Source: an uncultured Spirochaetales bacterium (GTDB lineage Bacteria > Spirochaetota > Spirochaetia > SPDA01 > CAZSGZ01). Taken from it: 32,935 bases of DNA. This document shows, one piece after another, positions 25,828-32,935 of the stretch. Location of the stretch: contig CAYWIK010000014.1 in NCBI GenBank assembly GCA_964458315.1, positions 4,203 through 37,137 of the forward strand, read 5' to 3'. The position numbers and the translations under genes were made by a program. Below the pieces are notes generated by a model. That model searched no databases and had not been told where the DNA came from. It saw only the letters and a program-made list of their open reading frames with translations. The stretch's first letter is position 1; every line of letters starts with the position of its first letter.

Positions 25828-27080
25828 AGCAGTCGAATCTCCAATGGTTGTCGGTATGTTCTCGCCGTTTGAAACGCCGGATGCCTCGGTATATTGTTTT
25901 TGACGTGCTTAAGCGCCCACGTACCGGGGAAGTGGACCATTTTTTCATTCTTCATTACCGAATATTGCCGCACCCCGTCAATCTGCTTGGTTGGAAATGC
26001 AGTCTCGAACAGGGTAACCCGTTTCTCCGAATAGGCCATGAGCGCCGTTCCTAATTCAGCGTCAAAGGGAGTGGAAAAAATGTACACTTCCCCGACCCCC
26101 GCAGTGTCCTTGGGCAGCCGGGGATCATTCTCGTAAAAAAGTCCGCTGATGCCTATACCGAGGCGCTGTATGTCCTGAAAAGTCTCCGCGCGGTACCCGC
26201 CTCTGCCGGTATAGACAATATATTGATAATCGGGCTGTTCATGTTTGAGCTGCCAAAGAAAGGTGAGAAACCACCTCTTGAGGTATTCAAGATGGGCGAC
26301 GTGCTCCGACCGTTCCTCTTTTTCAACGGCAAAATGTCTGAAATCTACGAGAACGAGCTGAGTCTCCGTTTCGGTGACCGGAGAAATACGGGTAAAGATC
26401 TCCCCTATCCTGCTGGTTGCTTTCCAGTTGATGTCCCGGAAGCGGTCGCCGGGGACATATTCACGCATGTAATATTTTTCTTCGTCCGAACTCTTCCGGG
26501 GCTGGGTTTCATCTTCGCCGCCTGCAGCGTCGATTTTTACGCTCATCTCCCGATGCAGAAGGGCAGGCTGCACCGGGAGCGTCCTGGACATTTCTTCCGG
26601 CAGACGCGCCCGAACAAGACCGAATATGTCTTTTATCGAACATTTTCCTTTTCCGTGGAAAAGGCCGGTCAATTGGAAATGAAGAGGAATTTCCAGGGCC
26701 CCTTCCCCGGTAAACGCATCCTCCCGGAGGACCGAGAAACCTGCGCTATTCCCAACCATCAGATGTCCGGTAATGCGGAAATGGATCCGAAAAAAAAACC
26801 ACGTTTTAAAATCGATAACGGATATTCTCTGACAGGAGCCGGGCCGGGCGCTGTATAAGGCGTCCGAAGAGTCCCAGACAATCTGCGCTTTTCCCAGCCG
26901 GTATGCCTGGATCCGCGACAATGCGGCCAATAAAACCAGAACAACAAGGCCGGCAAAGGAGAGGAAAAGCATGTAGGGGTTCCTTTTTGCATATCCTGTT
27001 CCGAGGAGGTAAAAAATGACCCCTAAAAGGACCGTTCCGGGCAAGGTGAAGGGATAGTACTGTGCAATTTTTTTAAGCAT
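25824..27080 (-). CDS. DUF58-family protein (MoxR partner, vWA-like)
   Basis: 418 aa. N-terminal TM helices. The hallmark YVPGDRFRDINWKATSRIGEIFTR matches the DUF58 signature by my recognition. Confidence 0.75.
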   Translation of the reverse strand: MLKKIAQYYPFTLPGTVLLGVIFYLLGTGYAKRNPYMLFLSFAGLVVLVLLAALSRIQAYRLGKAQIVWDSSDALYSARPGSCQRISVIDFKTWFFFRIHFRITGHLMVGNSAGFSVLREDAFTGEGALEIPLHFQLTGLFHGKGKCSIKDIFGLVRARLPEEMSRTLPVQPALLHREMSVKIDAAGGEDETQPRKSSDEEKYYMREYVPGDRFRDINWKATSRIGEIFTRISPVTETETQLVLVDFRHFAVEKEERSEHVAHLEYLKRWFLTFLWQLKHEQPDYQYIVYTGRGGYRAETFQDIQRLGIGISGLFYENDPRLPKDTAGVGEVYIFSTPFDAELGTALMAYSEKRVTLFETAFPTKQIDGVRQYSVMKNEKMVHFPGTWALKHVKNNIPRHPAFQTARTYRQPLEIRLL

Positions 27081-27091
27081 TTCTCAGCGGA

Positions 27092-28057
27092 TTATCTCCC
27101 TGCCTCCACCGGGACCGAATCGAGCACGTCCTGTAAGAATTCTTCCACAGATTGAGTCGAATCCTGCATAACAAGCCGGTGCGCGACCGACGGGATAAAG
27201 ATCTCCTTTATCAAATCAAGGGAAACGTAGCGCTCGCCGCGGACGAGGGCGAGCGCCCGGGCAAGCCGGGAAACTTTGATTCCGGCCCGTGGGCTCGCGC
27301 AAATGCTTACCTCCGGATTGTTCCGGGTACGCCTGATACACGAAACGATATATCCGATCACGTCGGGATGTATTTCGACAGAATCGACAAGGGTCTGCCA
27401 ACTCAACAGCTCTTTGTAACCGATGACCGGGCCGAAGCTCTTCCACGCATCGTTTCTGCCGTGCATCTTGATGATATCGGATTCGACCTCGGCGTCCGGA
27501 AAGCCGAGTGAAATCTGTATCATAAATCGGTCAAGCTGCGGTGCCGGCAGGGGAAAAAGGTGAACGCCTTCGAGATTCATCGTTGCAATGATGAAAAACG
27601 GATCGGACAAACCGTATGTTTTCCCCTCGATCGTGACCGCCTGTTCCTGCATGGCCTGAAAAAAACTTCCCTGGGTCTTCGGTGTAAGGAGATTTATTTC
27701 GTCACACAGCACAAAGTGCGCAAAGATAGGCCCCGCCATGAAAACCATCTTGTCCGACGTCGGAACAAACCGGCTGTACCCGAGTATGTCCTGCGGCAGA
27801 AGATCCACGGTGCATTGAATCCGGTTAAAGGGCTCGATCTTGATCCCCTGGACCGTTTCTTCCTTCGTGTCCCATTTTATCGAACCCGCGAGGGCCCTGG
27901 CAAGAGACGTTTTCCCCACTCCGTGGAAATCAGCCAGGATGACGTGCCCTCCCGCAATTTTTGATGCAATGAGATATTCTAATTTTACTTCATCTATAAA
28001 AATGATTGATCGAATGTTATCGATGAGTTTTTTTATTGCTTTACTGGTTTCTTGCAT
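27092..28057 (-). CDS. MoxR-family AAA+ ATPase
   Basis: 321 aa. Walker A ADFHGVGKTSLARAL, Walker B LCDEINLL and sensor regions, at the length typical of MoxR. Confidence 0.85.
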   Translation of the reverse strand: MQETSKAIKKLIDNIRSIIFIDEVKLEYLIASKIAGGHVILADFHGVGKTSLARALAGSIKWDTKEETVQGIKIEPFNRIQCTVDLLPQDILGYSRFVPTSDKMVFMAGPIFAHFVLCDEINLLTPKTQGSFFQAMQEQAVTIEGKTYGLSDPFFIIATMNLEGVHLFPLPAPQLDRFMIQISLGFPDAEVESDIIKMHGRNDAWKSFGPVIGYKELLSWQTLVDSVEIHPDVIGYIVSCIRRTRNNPEVSICASPRAGIKVSRLARALALVRGERYVSLDLIKEIFIPSVAHRLVMQDSTQSVEEFLQDVLDSVPVEAGR

Positions 28058-28214
28058 TATTTCCTGTTCCGAGGGTAATAACGATTTCTTTATCCGGATC
28101 TACTCCTTTAAGCGATTTAATCAGCCCGAGCACCACATTTTCTATCGTGTCCCTGGCAAATTCATTAAGGGAAATCTCTTTGTTATCATTGGTCAATCTT
28201 ACCGGTCTTGTCAT
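28041..28214 (-). CDS. Hypothetical 57-aa protein, first gene of the MoxR operon (17-nt overlap with the moxR start)
   Basis: MTRPVRLTNDNKEISLNEFARDTIENVVLGLIKSLKGVDPDKEIVITLGTGNNARNQ. ACAGGAGGAACAACT-ATG is a textbook Shine-Dalgarno. The track's 86-aa version begins at a GTG with no Shine-Dalgarno. Confidence 0.45.
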   Translation of the reverse strand: MTRPVRLTNDNKEISLNEFARDTIENVVLGLIKSLKGVDPDKEIVITLGTGNNARNQ

Positions 28215-28251
28215 AGTTGTTCCTCCTGTATTAATGTATAACACCTTTACC

Positions 28252-28749
28252 ATGTGCAAGACAACAATATTCACAGGGAAAATTAATTCCGGAAAAACCA
28301 CGAGGGTATTCGAAACGGCAGTTATGTTAGAGAAAAGGGGAAACGCCGTCGGCGGAATTATTTCGGTCCCTCAGTTACGGGAAGGTAAAAAATATGCCTA
28401 CTATGCCTACGACATCCTGTCGAAAGAGGCGGCCCTGCTTGCCACAACCGAACCGATCGAAAACTCGATTCGGCTCAGCCGGTTCTTTTTCGCCCTTTCG
28501 GGTTTCAAATTCGCGGAAGAAGCGATAAAATCCGCGATGTCCTGTGATTTTCTTATCCTTGACGAAGCAGGGCCCCTTGAACTGCGGGGAGACGGTTTCG
28601 CGGGCGTACTTACCTTTATCGCGGCAAACTATCGGGGCGCCTTTATTTTGACCCTTCGTGAAAACATTCTCGAGGAAATAATATCCCTTTTTCCCCTTTC
28701 CTGTCCCTCCCATCGAATACTATCACCGGACAAGGAGTTTACTCTATGA
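28252..28749 (+). CDS. THEP1-like P-loop nucleoside triphosphatase (alternative start at 28234)
   Basis: TIFTGKINSGKTT Walker A. FLILDEAGPLEL Walker B, compared with IDEIGKMEL in THEP1 proteins. The ~165-aa size is right. The track's 5' extension to 28036 runs antisense through moxR and is rejected. No clear Shine-Dalgarno. Confidence 0.6.
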   Translation: MCKTTIFTGKINSGKTTRVFETAVMLEKRGNAVGGIISVPQLREGKKYAYYAYDILSKEAALLATTEPIENSIRLSRFFFALSGFKFAEEAIKSAMSCDFLILDEAGPLELRGDGFAGVLTFIAANYRGAFILTLRENILEEIISLFPLSCPSHRILSPDKEFTL

Positions 28750-29264
28750 ACCGACCCGGACTCGAAGAACTGCTCTCGCTCTTTTCCCTCGAACCCCTCG
28801 AACAGGAAGGAGGATTGTATAAAGTCTCCTATGCATCGGATGAGGTGCTGCCGGAGTCGCATCTTCCTGATAGATACGCCGGTAAACGCCCCTTTTATAC
28901 GGCGATCTATTATCTGCTTACCGGTGAAAAGGACTCGTTTTCCGCTCTCCACCGGCTTAAAACGGACGAAGTTTGGCATTTTTACTTAGGCGATCCGGCG
29001 CGGTTAGTGCTTCTCCATCCGAGCGGAAGGGGTGAAACCGTTATCCTCGGACATGATGTTGTTAAAGGCGAAAAACTGCAGTACTGTATTCCCCGCGGCA
29101 CATGGCAGGGATGCAGCCTCCTTTTAGGCGGTGAATACGCGCTCATGGGAACAACCATGGCCCCGGGGTTCGATCCGGATGATTTCGAAATCGGCGTTTT
29201 TAAGGAGCTCGTAACGCAGTATCCGGATCACGAAGCAATGATCGCCTCTCTGACCCGCGGCTGA
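28746..29264 (+). CDS. Cupin-fold protein (DUF985/YML079-like)
   Basis: 172 aa. ATGA overlap with the upstream NTPase gene. Pattern EVWHFYLGDPARLVLLHPSG...YALMGTTMAPGFD is typical of the cupin_5 family by my recognition. Confidence 0.65.
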   Translation: MNRPGLEELLSLFSLEPLEQEGGLYKVSYASDEVLPESHLPDRYAGKRPFYTAIYYLLTGEKDSFSALHRLKTDEVWHFYLGDPARLVLLHPSGRGETVILGHDVVKGEKLQYCIPRGTWQGCSLLLGGEYALMGTTMAPGFDPDDFEIGVFKELVTQYPDHEAMIASLTRG

Positions 29265-29283
29265 TTCGTTCGGAAGGAGGTAT

Positions 29284-30066
29284 TTAGTATCCCCGGCCCG
29301 TACCGACCCCTCCGTCCACCCGCAGATTTACCCCGGTGATCCAGCGCGCGCGATCGGAAGCAAGAAACATCACCGCATCAGCCACGTCCCGGCCCGTACC
29401 GAGCCGCCCGAGGGGTACCTGCCTCAAATAAGCCTCGATTCCTTCCGGCCACGCCTGTTCGAGCCCTTGCCGCCAGATTAAGCCGGGAGAGACCGCATTC
29501 ACCCGAATTCGGTAAGGACCCAATTCCAAGGCCGCCGCTTCGGTAAACTTAATAAGCCCGGCTTTCGCAGCGGCATAATGTGCGTGACCGGGAGCCGGGT
29601 TTTCTCCTTCGAGGGACGCAATATTGACCACTGCTCCGCCGGTCCCCCCCCGTTTCATCAATTCGGCGGCATATTGTACGCACAGAAAGGGCGCTTTTAG
29701 ATTTACATCCATCATCCGCTCCCAGCTCCGCTCTCCGATTGAAAGCAGGGGCTCCACAGGATATATTCCCGCATTGTTGATCAGTACATCAAGGCGGCCG
29801 AAATGGTCTTCGACGGTCTTAAAGAGTATGCGAGTCTCGGAAGAATCGAGCAGGTCCGCTTTTACCGCCTCTCCCCGCACGCCGCAAGCCGCCGCATATT
29901 CCGCCGTTTCTTCAGCTTCCTCTTTGCTCGAACGGTAATGGACGCATACATCTCCCCCGGCCGCTGCAAAACGCTTTGCAATCGCCTTTCCTATGCCGGA
30001 TCCCCCGCCGGTCACGAGAATTGTCTTTCCTAAAAAATTTTTGATTTGACTTTCTTTCTCATCCAT
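29284..30066 (-). CDS. Short-chain dehydrogenase/reductase (FabG-like)
   Basis: 260 aa. TGGGSGIGKAIA Rossmann motif, NNAG, and catalytic YAAAKAG (YxxxK). Confidence 0.85.
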   Translation of the reverse strand: MDEKESQIKNFLGKTILVTGGGSGIGKAIAKRFAAAGGDVCVHYRSSKEEAEETAEYAAACGVRGEAVKADLLDSSETRILFKTVEDHFGRLDVLINNAGIYPVEPLLSIGERSWERMMDVNLKAPFLCVQYAAELMKRGGTGGAVVNIASLEGENPAPGHAHYAAAKAGLIKFTEAAALELGPYRIRVNAVSPGLIWRQGLEQAWPEGIEAYLRQVPLGRLGTGRDVADAVMFLASDRARWITGVNLRVDGGVGTGRGY

Positions 30067-30073
30067 GTATAAT
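30066..30073 (+). promoter_or_regulatory. Extended -10 element TGTATAAT for the repeat-protein gene
   Basis: TGnTATAAT lies 33 nt upstream of ATG 30106 and overlaps the SDR start codon on the other strand. AAGGGGGAAACA-ATG Shine-Dalgarno. Confidence 0.4.
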
Positions 30074-30105
30074 TTTCAATGTATATCGGTTTTAAGGGGG
30101 AAACA

Positions 30106-31005
30106 ATGAAAAAAACAATAATTCTCGTATGCGTATTACTAACAGTCGGATTTGTATTACTCGGCGCCCAGGAAAAGCGTATTTATAACGACGGGGAGAT
30201 CGATTATGTTCCGGCGGGCGTAAAAATTCGATTATTCGGCGAAGATGCCGGGTCAAGCCTTGAAAGAATTGAGTACATGATAAACGACGGAAAAATACAG
30301 CAGTATAACGGACCGATTCAGCTTACCGGCGGTGAAGGACGGTACGCGATCAGTTACCGGGCTGTTGATAAACTCGGAAATATATCTAAGGATAAGATCT
30401 ATTCCTGTATCGTCGACGACACTCCCCCTTATTTCACCGCTTCGGCAAACGGGCCGGCTTTTATCGAAGACGGCGTCGCCTACGTAACTTCGAACACGGC
30501 AATTGTTCTTTGGGCGGAGGATGAACTCTCCGGCGTCGGTAATATTTACGTGAGCCTCGATAACAGCGGCTTTATGAAATATACCGGGTCGGCGTACATA
30601 GAAGAGGAGGGCAAACACACCGGAGTAGCGTATGCCGTCGACAATGTCGGAAACAGGACAAAGACCTACAGTTATCAGGCATATATAGACAATACTCCTC
30701 CTAAGGTCACAATAAAACCGGACACACCGTTTATCGAACTGCAGGGTGATAAATACAGCAGCGCTGCAAATAAATACGCCGTATCCGCGTACGACAATAT
30801 TGCGGGGGTTAAAGAAATACTCGTTTCCGTAGACCGGGGAGAATATTTTACCTATACCGAACCGATTTCCGTGCAGGAACACGGTTTCCACTCAATAAGG
30901 GCAAAGGCTGCGGACTATCTTGGTAATATGTCAAAGGCCGCGGAAGTAGGCTTTTATGTCGATGTGGAAACTCCGAAAACAGACATCGAGATTACCGTCG
31001 ACTAA
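30106..31005 (+). CDS. Secreted protein with three tandem ~85-aa Ig-like repeats, each ending in a D-x-T-P-P motif
   Basis: Signal peptide MKKTIILVCVLLTVGFVLLGAQE. The repeats end ...YRAVDKLGN...VDDTPP, ...YAVDNVGN...IDNTPP and ...AADYLGN...VDVETP. The track start at 30079 has no Shine-Dalgarno and is rejected. Confidence 0.7.
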   Translation: MKKTIILVCVLLTVGFVLLGAQEKRIYNDGEIDYVPAGVKIRLFGEDAGSSLERIEYMINDGKIQQYNGPIQLTGGEGRYAISYRAVDKLGNISKDKIYSCIVDDTPPYFTASANGPAFIEDGVAYVTSNTAIVLWAEDELSGVGNIYVSLDNSGFMKYTGSAYIEEEGKHTGVAYAVDNVGNRTKTYSYQAYIDNTPPKVTIKPDTPFIELQGDKYSSAANKYAVSAYDNIAGVKEILVSVDRGEYFTYTEPISVQEHGFHSIRAKAADYLGNMSKAAEVGFYVDVETPKTDIEITVD

Positions 31006-31092
31006 CGGCGATTACACCTATCAATTCGATTTTAACGGGCTGTTCGGCTTATTCGGATAAATTTCTCACTTTCCGCTAAAGGGAGGGTATGA

Positions 31093-32136
31093 ATGGGACT
31101 TTGGAATCGAGTAAAAGGGCAGCTTCGGTCCGTTATCGAATGGAAGGCCCCGGAACCTGACGCGCTCTATGAAAAATGGTCCGACCACGGAGATGAAATT
31201 AAAGACGCCTCTACATTGATTATAGGGCCGGGACAAGGCTGCATTTTTGTATACGAAGGCCGGGTCGAAGCAATTATCATGGAAGAGGGAATAAAAGAGC
31301 TTAAAACCGAAAACGTACCGTTTTGGACCACTATTTCCAATTTCATGCAGCGGTTCGAAAGCGAACATAAGGTCGGCATTTACTACTTCAGAACGACAAA
31401 AATCCTCGATCAAAAGTGGGGCACCCCGTCGGTGGTCAAATATGAAGACCCGAAATATAAATTTCCCGTGGGCCTTCGTGCATTCGGGAATTACAGCTTT
31501 CGTATTACCGACCCCGGCTCTTTTTTTGTCAATGTCATTGGGGGAGACAACATTTACCGGATAAGCGACTTTAAAAAGGTCATGGGGGCCCGGCTTATTC
31601 ATCCCCTGGCAGACCTCCTTGCGGAATCCCAGTTTACCTATGCCGAAATCGACGCAAACCGGGAAGAAATATCGGCAGGAATGGAAAAAAAGCTCAAAGA
31701 GGAGTTCGAAGATTTCGGTTTCGAATTCCTCGATTTTCGTATCGAAGGGACCAGTTTTGACGACGACACAATGCGCCGCATCAACCGGATCGCGGACATG
31801 AGCGCCGAGGCCCAGGCCGCTTCCGCCGCCGGTCTCAATTACGCTCAAATGCAGCAGCTCGAGGCAATGCGCGACCTTGCCCAGAACGAAGGCACCGCCG
31901 GAGCGGGAGTCGGACTCGGCGCCGGCATGGGCGCGGGGGTCGGATTCGGACAGATGATGTCCAACGCTTTCGGCGGCGCGTCCGCGGGAACATCCGGGGG
32001 GCAGCAGCCGTCTCAAACCGCAGATCCGAATGATCCGATGGTAAAACTACAGAAGCTTAAACAGATGCTCGACAGCGGCCTTATAACACAAGACGAGTAC
32101 GATTCGAAAAAGAAAGATATTCTCGCCAGCATGTAG
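31093..32136 (+). CDS. SPFH/Band-7-like (Band_7_1-type) protein with Gly/Ala-rich linker and C-terminal SHOCT domain
   Basis: 347 aa. AAGGGAGGG Shine-Dalgarno. N-terminal ~250 aa reads as the SPFH-like family that includes B. subtilis YdjI, by my recognition. Low-complexity linker GTAGAGVGLGAGMGAGVGFG. C-terminal KLQKLKQMLDSGLITQDEYDSKKKDIL is a SHOCT-type motif. The antisense 316-aa ORF 31066..32016 is rejected. Confidence 0.75.
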   Translation: MGLWNRVKGQLRSVIEWKAPEPDALYEKWSDHGDEIKDASTLIIGPGQGCIFVYEGRVEAIIMEEGIKELKTENVPFWTTISNFMQRFESEHKVGIYYFRTTKILDQKWGTPSVVKYEDPKYKFPVGLRAFGNYSFRITDPGSFFVNVIGGDNIYRISDFKKVMGARLIHPLADLLAESQFTYAEIDANREEISAGMEKKLKEEFEDFGFEFLDFRIEGTSFDDDTMRRINRIADMSAEAQAASAAGLNYAQMQQLEAMRDLAQNEGTAGAGVGLGAGMGAGVGFGQMMSNAFGGASAGTSGGQQPSQTADPNDPMVKLQKLKQMLDSGLITQDEYDSKKKDILASM

Positions 32137-32160
32137 CCCGCGGCTATGAAGGAGACCGAA

Positions 32161-32935
32161 ATGAAACGGAATAAACTCTGGAAAGTTGTGTCTATCATTA
32201 TCATACTTCTCGCGGTCTCTGCAGGATTGCTCTTTGCCCGGGCCGGGGGGGCCGGCGGAGGCAGCAGAAGCGGCGGAGGCGGGGGCGACGGTCTCGGCGG
32301 GCTCATTATTTGGATATTCTATCTACTGGTAAACGCCCTCGGGCTGGTGCCGACCTTGATTATCGTGATCGGAATAATCGTTGTTGTTACGGTGGTTCGG
32401 AAAATTAAGGCTAAAAAGAGCGCCCTCAAAGACCTGACGGTCCAGCGGCACCCGATTGAAAAGGTGCAGGGATACGCGAAGTTCCATGAAAAAAATCCTT
32501 CTTTTTCATCGGATGATTTTTTCGATAAAGTGAAGACCGCTTTTATCGAAATACAAAAGGCATGGGCTGCAAAAAAACTTTCCAATGTACGGCGTTTTAT
32601 TTCAGACGGTGTTTATCAGCGATTCAACACCCAGTTCCAAATGATGAACTTGCTTCAGCAGGAAAATCCGATATCTGAAGTTGAAGTCAACAATATCTCA
32701 ATCGATAAGTTCCGGGTGGACGGGAATTACGACATTATCCATGTTGCGATCACCGCAACCATGCGCGATCAGTTTATTTGCAAAACTAATCCGCAGCTTA
32801 ACAGTCCGGGCGGGAAAGAGACCTTCCTCGAATATTGGTCATTTATTCGAAAACGGGGGGCGGAAAACAAAGACATCTATCACACTTATGACTGCCCGAG
32901 CTGCGGTGCGCCGTTAGGCGATGAAATGGGCGAAG
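32161..32935 (+). CDS. Two-TM, poly-Gly, Tim44-like-domain membrane protein with the start of a CxxC zinc-ribbon; 3' end beyond the window
   Basis: Not in the track because it has no stop in the window. AAGGAG lies 7 nt before ATG 32161. Translation: MKRNKLWKVVSIIIILLAVSAGLLFARAGGAGGGSRSGGGGGDGLGGLIIWIFYLLVNALGLVPTLIIVIGIIVVVTVV..KLSNVRRFISDGVYQRFNTQFQMMNLLQQEN...YDCPSCGAPLGDEMGE. The LSNVRRFISDG..F segment resembles the Tim44-like fold. Confidence 0.7.
   Translation, partial: MKRNKLWKVVSIIIILLAVSAGLLFARAGGAGGGSRSGGGGGDGLGGLIIWIFYLLVNALGLVPTLIIVIGIIVVVTVVRKIKAKKSALKDLTVQRHPIEKVQGYAKFHEKNPSFSSDDFFDKVKTAFIEIQKAWAAKKLSNVRRFISDGVYQRFNTQFQMMNLLQQENPISEVEVNNISIDKFRVDGNYDIIHVAITATMRDQFICKTNPQLNSPGGKETFLEYWSFIRKRGAENKDIYHTYDCPSCGAPLGDEMGE

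Noticed and set aside
28036-28251. 5' extension of the THEP1-like NTPase ORF (track start 28036)
   Set aside because: Would run antisense through the moxR start and the 57-aa gene. THEP1-family proteins begin right before the P-loop strand.
28215-28301. 86-aa version of the small ORF upstream of moxR
   Set aside because: Begins at a GTG with no Shine-Dalgarno. The internal ATG at 28214 has a perfect AGGAGG spacing, so the 57-aa version is preferred.
31066-32016. 316-aa minus-strand ORF antisense to the SPFH gene
   Set aside because: Arg/Gly/Pro-rich with no motifs. It is an antisense artefact of a GC-rich gene with real domain content and a good Shine-Dalgarno on the plus strand.
1-32935. 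CRISPR arrays, tRNA/rRNA genes, IS elements, integrases, phage genes
   Set aside because: No arrays of equally spaced repeats. No intergenic region has tRNA-like structure or size. No transposase or integrase-like translations in any frame. The window looks like core chromosome rather than a mobile or accessory island.

Overview
This 32.9 kb window reads as an ordinary, gene-dense chromosomal segment of a bacterium. Gene content hints at an anaerobe, possibly spirochaete-like (LPP20-type lipoproteins, rubredoxin/desulfoferrodoxin, a class-III cyclase, a sigma-54-type promoter), but I cannot confirm taxonomy. I found no rRNA, tRNA, CRISPR array, IS element or prophage. About 34 protein-coding genes are supportable. 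Start to end they are: a partial 4Fe-4S ferredoxin-domain gene running off the 5' edge, thrC, three consecutive LPP20-fold lipoprotein genes, rlmKL, a rubredoxin gene (missing from the ORF track) with desulfoferrodoxin just downstream of a PAS hybrid histidine kinase, rpiB with a small Cys-rich coupled ORF, and two tandem Hsp20 genes behind a sigma-54-type -24/-12 element. These are followed by a 786-aa coiled-coil membrane protein divergent from a HAMP/class-III adenylate cyclase, then the N-degron operon clpS-clpA-aat, a DHH-DHHA1-CBS phosphoesterase and a small hypothetical minus-strand gene. Next is a translationally coupled operon (57-aa ORF, MoxR AAA+, DUF58, TgpA-like transglutaminase, PQQ-propeller lipoprotein, threonine aldolase), followed by a THEP1-like NTPase plus cupin, an SDR, a secreted three-repeat Ig-like protein, and an SPFH(Band-7)+SHOCT protein followed by a two-TM Tim44-like membrane protein that runs off the 3' edge. 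Several ORF-track calls are artefacts of TTG/GTG starts rendered as Met (Hsp20, the kinase, aat, the 86-aa ORF). Most worth a second look are the SPFH/SHOCT plus Tim44-like pair, the extended MoxR-DUF58-TgpA operon, the sigma-54 element in front of the Hsp20 pair, and the repeat-bearing divergent promoter between the kinase and rpiB. All domain assignments come from reading the translations and have not been checked against any database.
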